This document shows, one piece after another, positions 62,675 through 64,000 of a DNA stretch of 64,000 nt (its first letter is position 1; each line of letters opens with the position of its first letter). The notes under the pieces are model-generated. The model searched no databases, was not told the DNA's origin, and was given only the letters and a program-made list of their open reading frames with translations. A program made the translations under genes and the position numbers. Source of the DNA: Antedon mediterranea. Lineage: Eukaryota > Animalia > Echinodermata. The stretch covers positions 25,499,365 through 25,563,364 of the forward strand of contig NC_092678.1 in NCBI RefSeq assembly GCF_964355755.1, written 5' to 3'.

Positions 62675-64000
62675 TTTGACTAAACTTATCCACGTAAATA
62701 TAGAACTGTATTGACCGATATCAAAGTGATCAAATAAAATGTTAATGACTGCCTATATACACAACACTGTTTATAGTAGATAGCAGGTATACCTAGGACT
62801 CTACTAAATTCCTTACGCAACACACAATTTACATATTACGTTGTTCCTTAAAATATAAACATCCTTCTTGACAGCTATAATTATATTATATCTTCACGAA
62901 TAAAGTTGAAGTAATGACCGGTATTTTTCCATAGTTTTTAATTCTCTGCAGCTTCAACTTCCATTTGTTCTTCAATGGGTATTAGTTATTAAATCAGTAC
63001 TCTGCCCATATAAGGATAACACAACAACTGGTATGAACAAACACTACCATCCCACTAGGGTTGGTCAGATTATCAGTGGACGTCTACTTCAACTTTTAAA
63101 TCCACGTTCTAAATTAGTTTAGCACTCCTCTTCAATCACAAACAGAATACAATGAAACTCTCTTACAACTTGACAAAAGCTAACCAGGACATTGCATCTC
63201 AACAAACTTTATGTAGATGTATGCTTTGAAGCGATAAAAACGCCTTTCATTTTTAATTGAAGTTTGTTGCGCTTCAACGAATTGACCTTTTGACAATTTA
63301 TTCCCATCGATACTAGACAATATCAGGATAGTTTGCATAAAAGTACAGTAGTATAAATAGTGTTTGTATCGTTAGCAGTAGGAATAAATAATAAATATTT
63401 ATTTCAATGACAGTTTATTTCACATTAAACTCAATAAAAATTTATTGATCAATCAATAATATCAATGTCACGGCTGTTTCAAGGAAACGTATAAAAATAG
63501 ACTTTATTTATGTTGCTATGGGTAATTAAAAGTAGAATAAGCATATTATCAATTAATGATGAGATAAGTTTAAGGAAAGGACGGCAAAAACTATTATAGC
63601 CAAGGAAGTATTTTGCTGACAAAACCAACTTTTAATGAAATTTAATTTCCAAAAATGATACTCATGCTATGTCTCTAGTACTAGAGGGATAGAGTACTGT
63701 CTCTAATCATGAACCATTTATTTACAAAATTGGTGGCGTCCCCTAGAAAGCAAATGTCATTACGAAATGAATATATTTAATAATAAAAGAAAAAAAAACC
63801 TATGCTTGAGTCAGGGACGCCAAAACAAAACAGACGACAAAAAAAAAAAAAAATAGTCTTTATGATATTACTGGCAGCTTACATTTAACATCAATATTGC
63901 AGATTCTTAGTAGCTTGTACAAAAACGTTTGGTTGAGTGGCAGGGTGCATAAAGGTTACAGGTTCGAGGGTTATTACACTCCGTTTTGCTTACTCGTTAA

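Overview
AT-rich, intron-rich animal genomic DNA, probably a marine invertebrate (an echinoderm-like repeat landscape is an inference). (1) An FGD1-4/frabin-type Cdc42 GEF gene (DH-PH-FYVE-PH) lies on the minus strand at about 29889-62674. Its long 5' region holds several frame-compatible phase-1 cassette exons and alternative first exons. (2) A 5'-truncated duplicate of its last 12 exons (1770-7781) differs from the full gene at 9 synonymous and 1 non-synonymous site. (3) Between them is a plus-strand tandem cluster of type II membrane genes: N-terminal cytoplasmic Tyr motifs, one TM helix and a short-chain-collagen-C4/NC1-like Cys-rich ectodomain with no Gly-X-Y. It has two intact genes, one pseudogene and one remnant, with near-identical TM segments but strongly diverged ectodomains, and is the best candidate for an undescribed receptor system. 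(4) Repeats are dense: two 21-bp satellites, an 86-bp minisatellite, a LINE RT fragment, a probable solo LTR, two Helentron-like elements, hAT-, Kolobok- and Tc1-like non-autonomous elements, tRNA-derived SINEs, a 5S-rRNA/tRNA chimeric SINE-like element and short TA-flanked insertions resembling excision footprints. All exon structures and counts were derived by manual reading, not computation.
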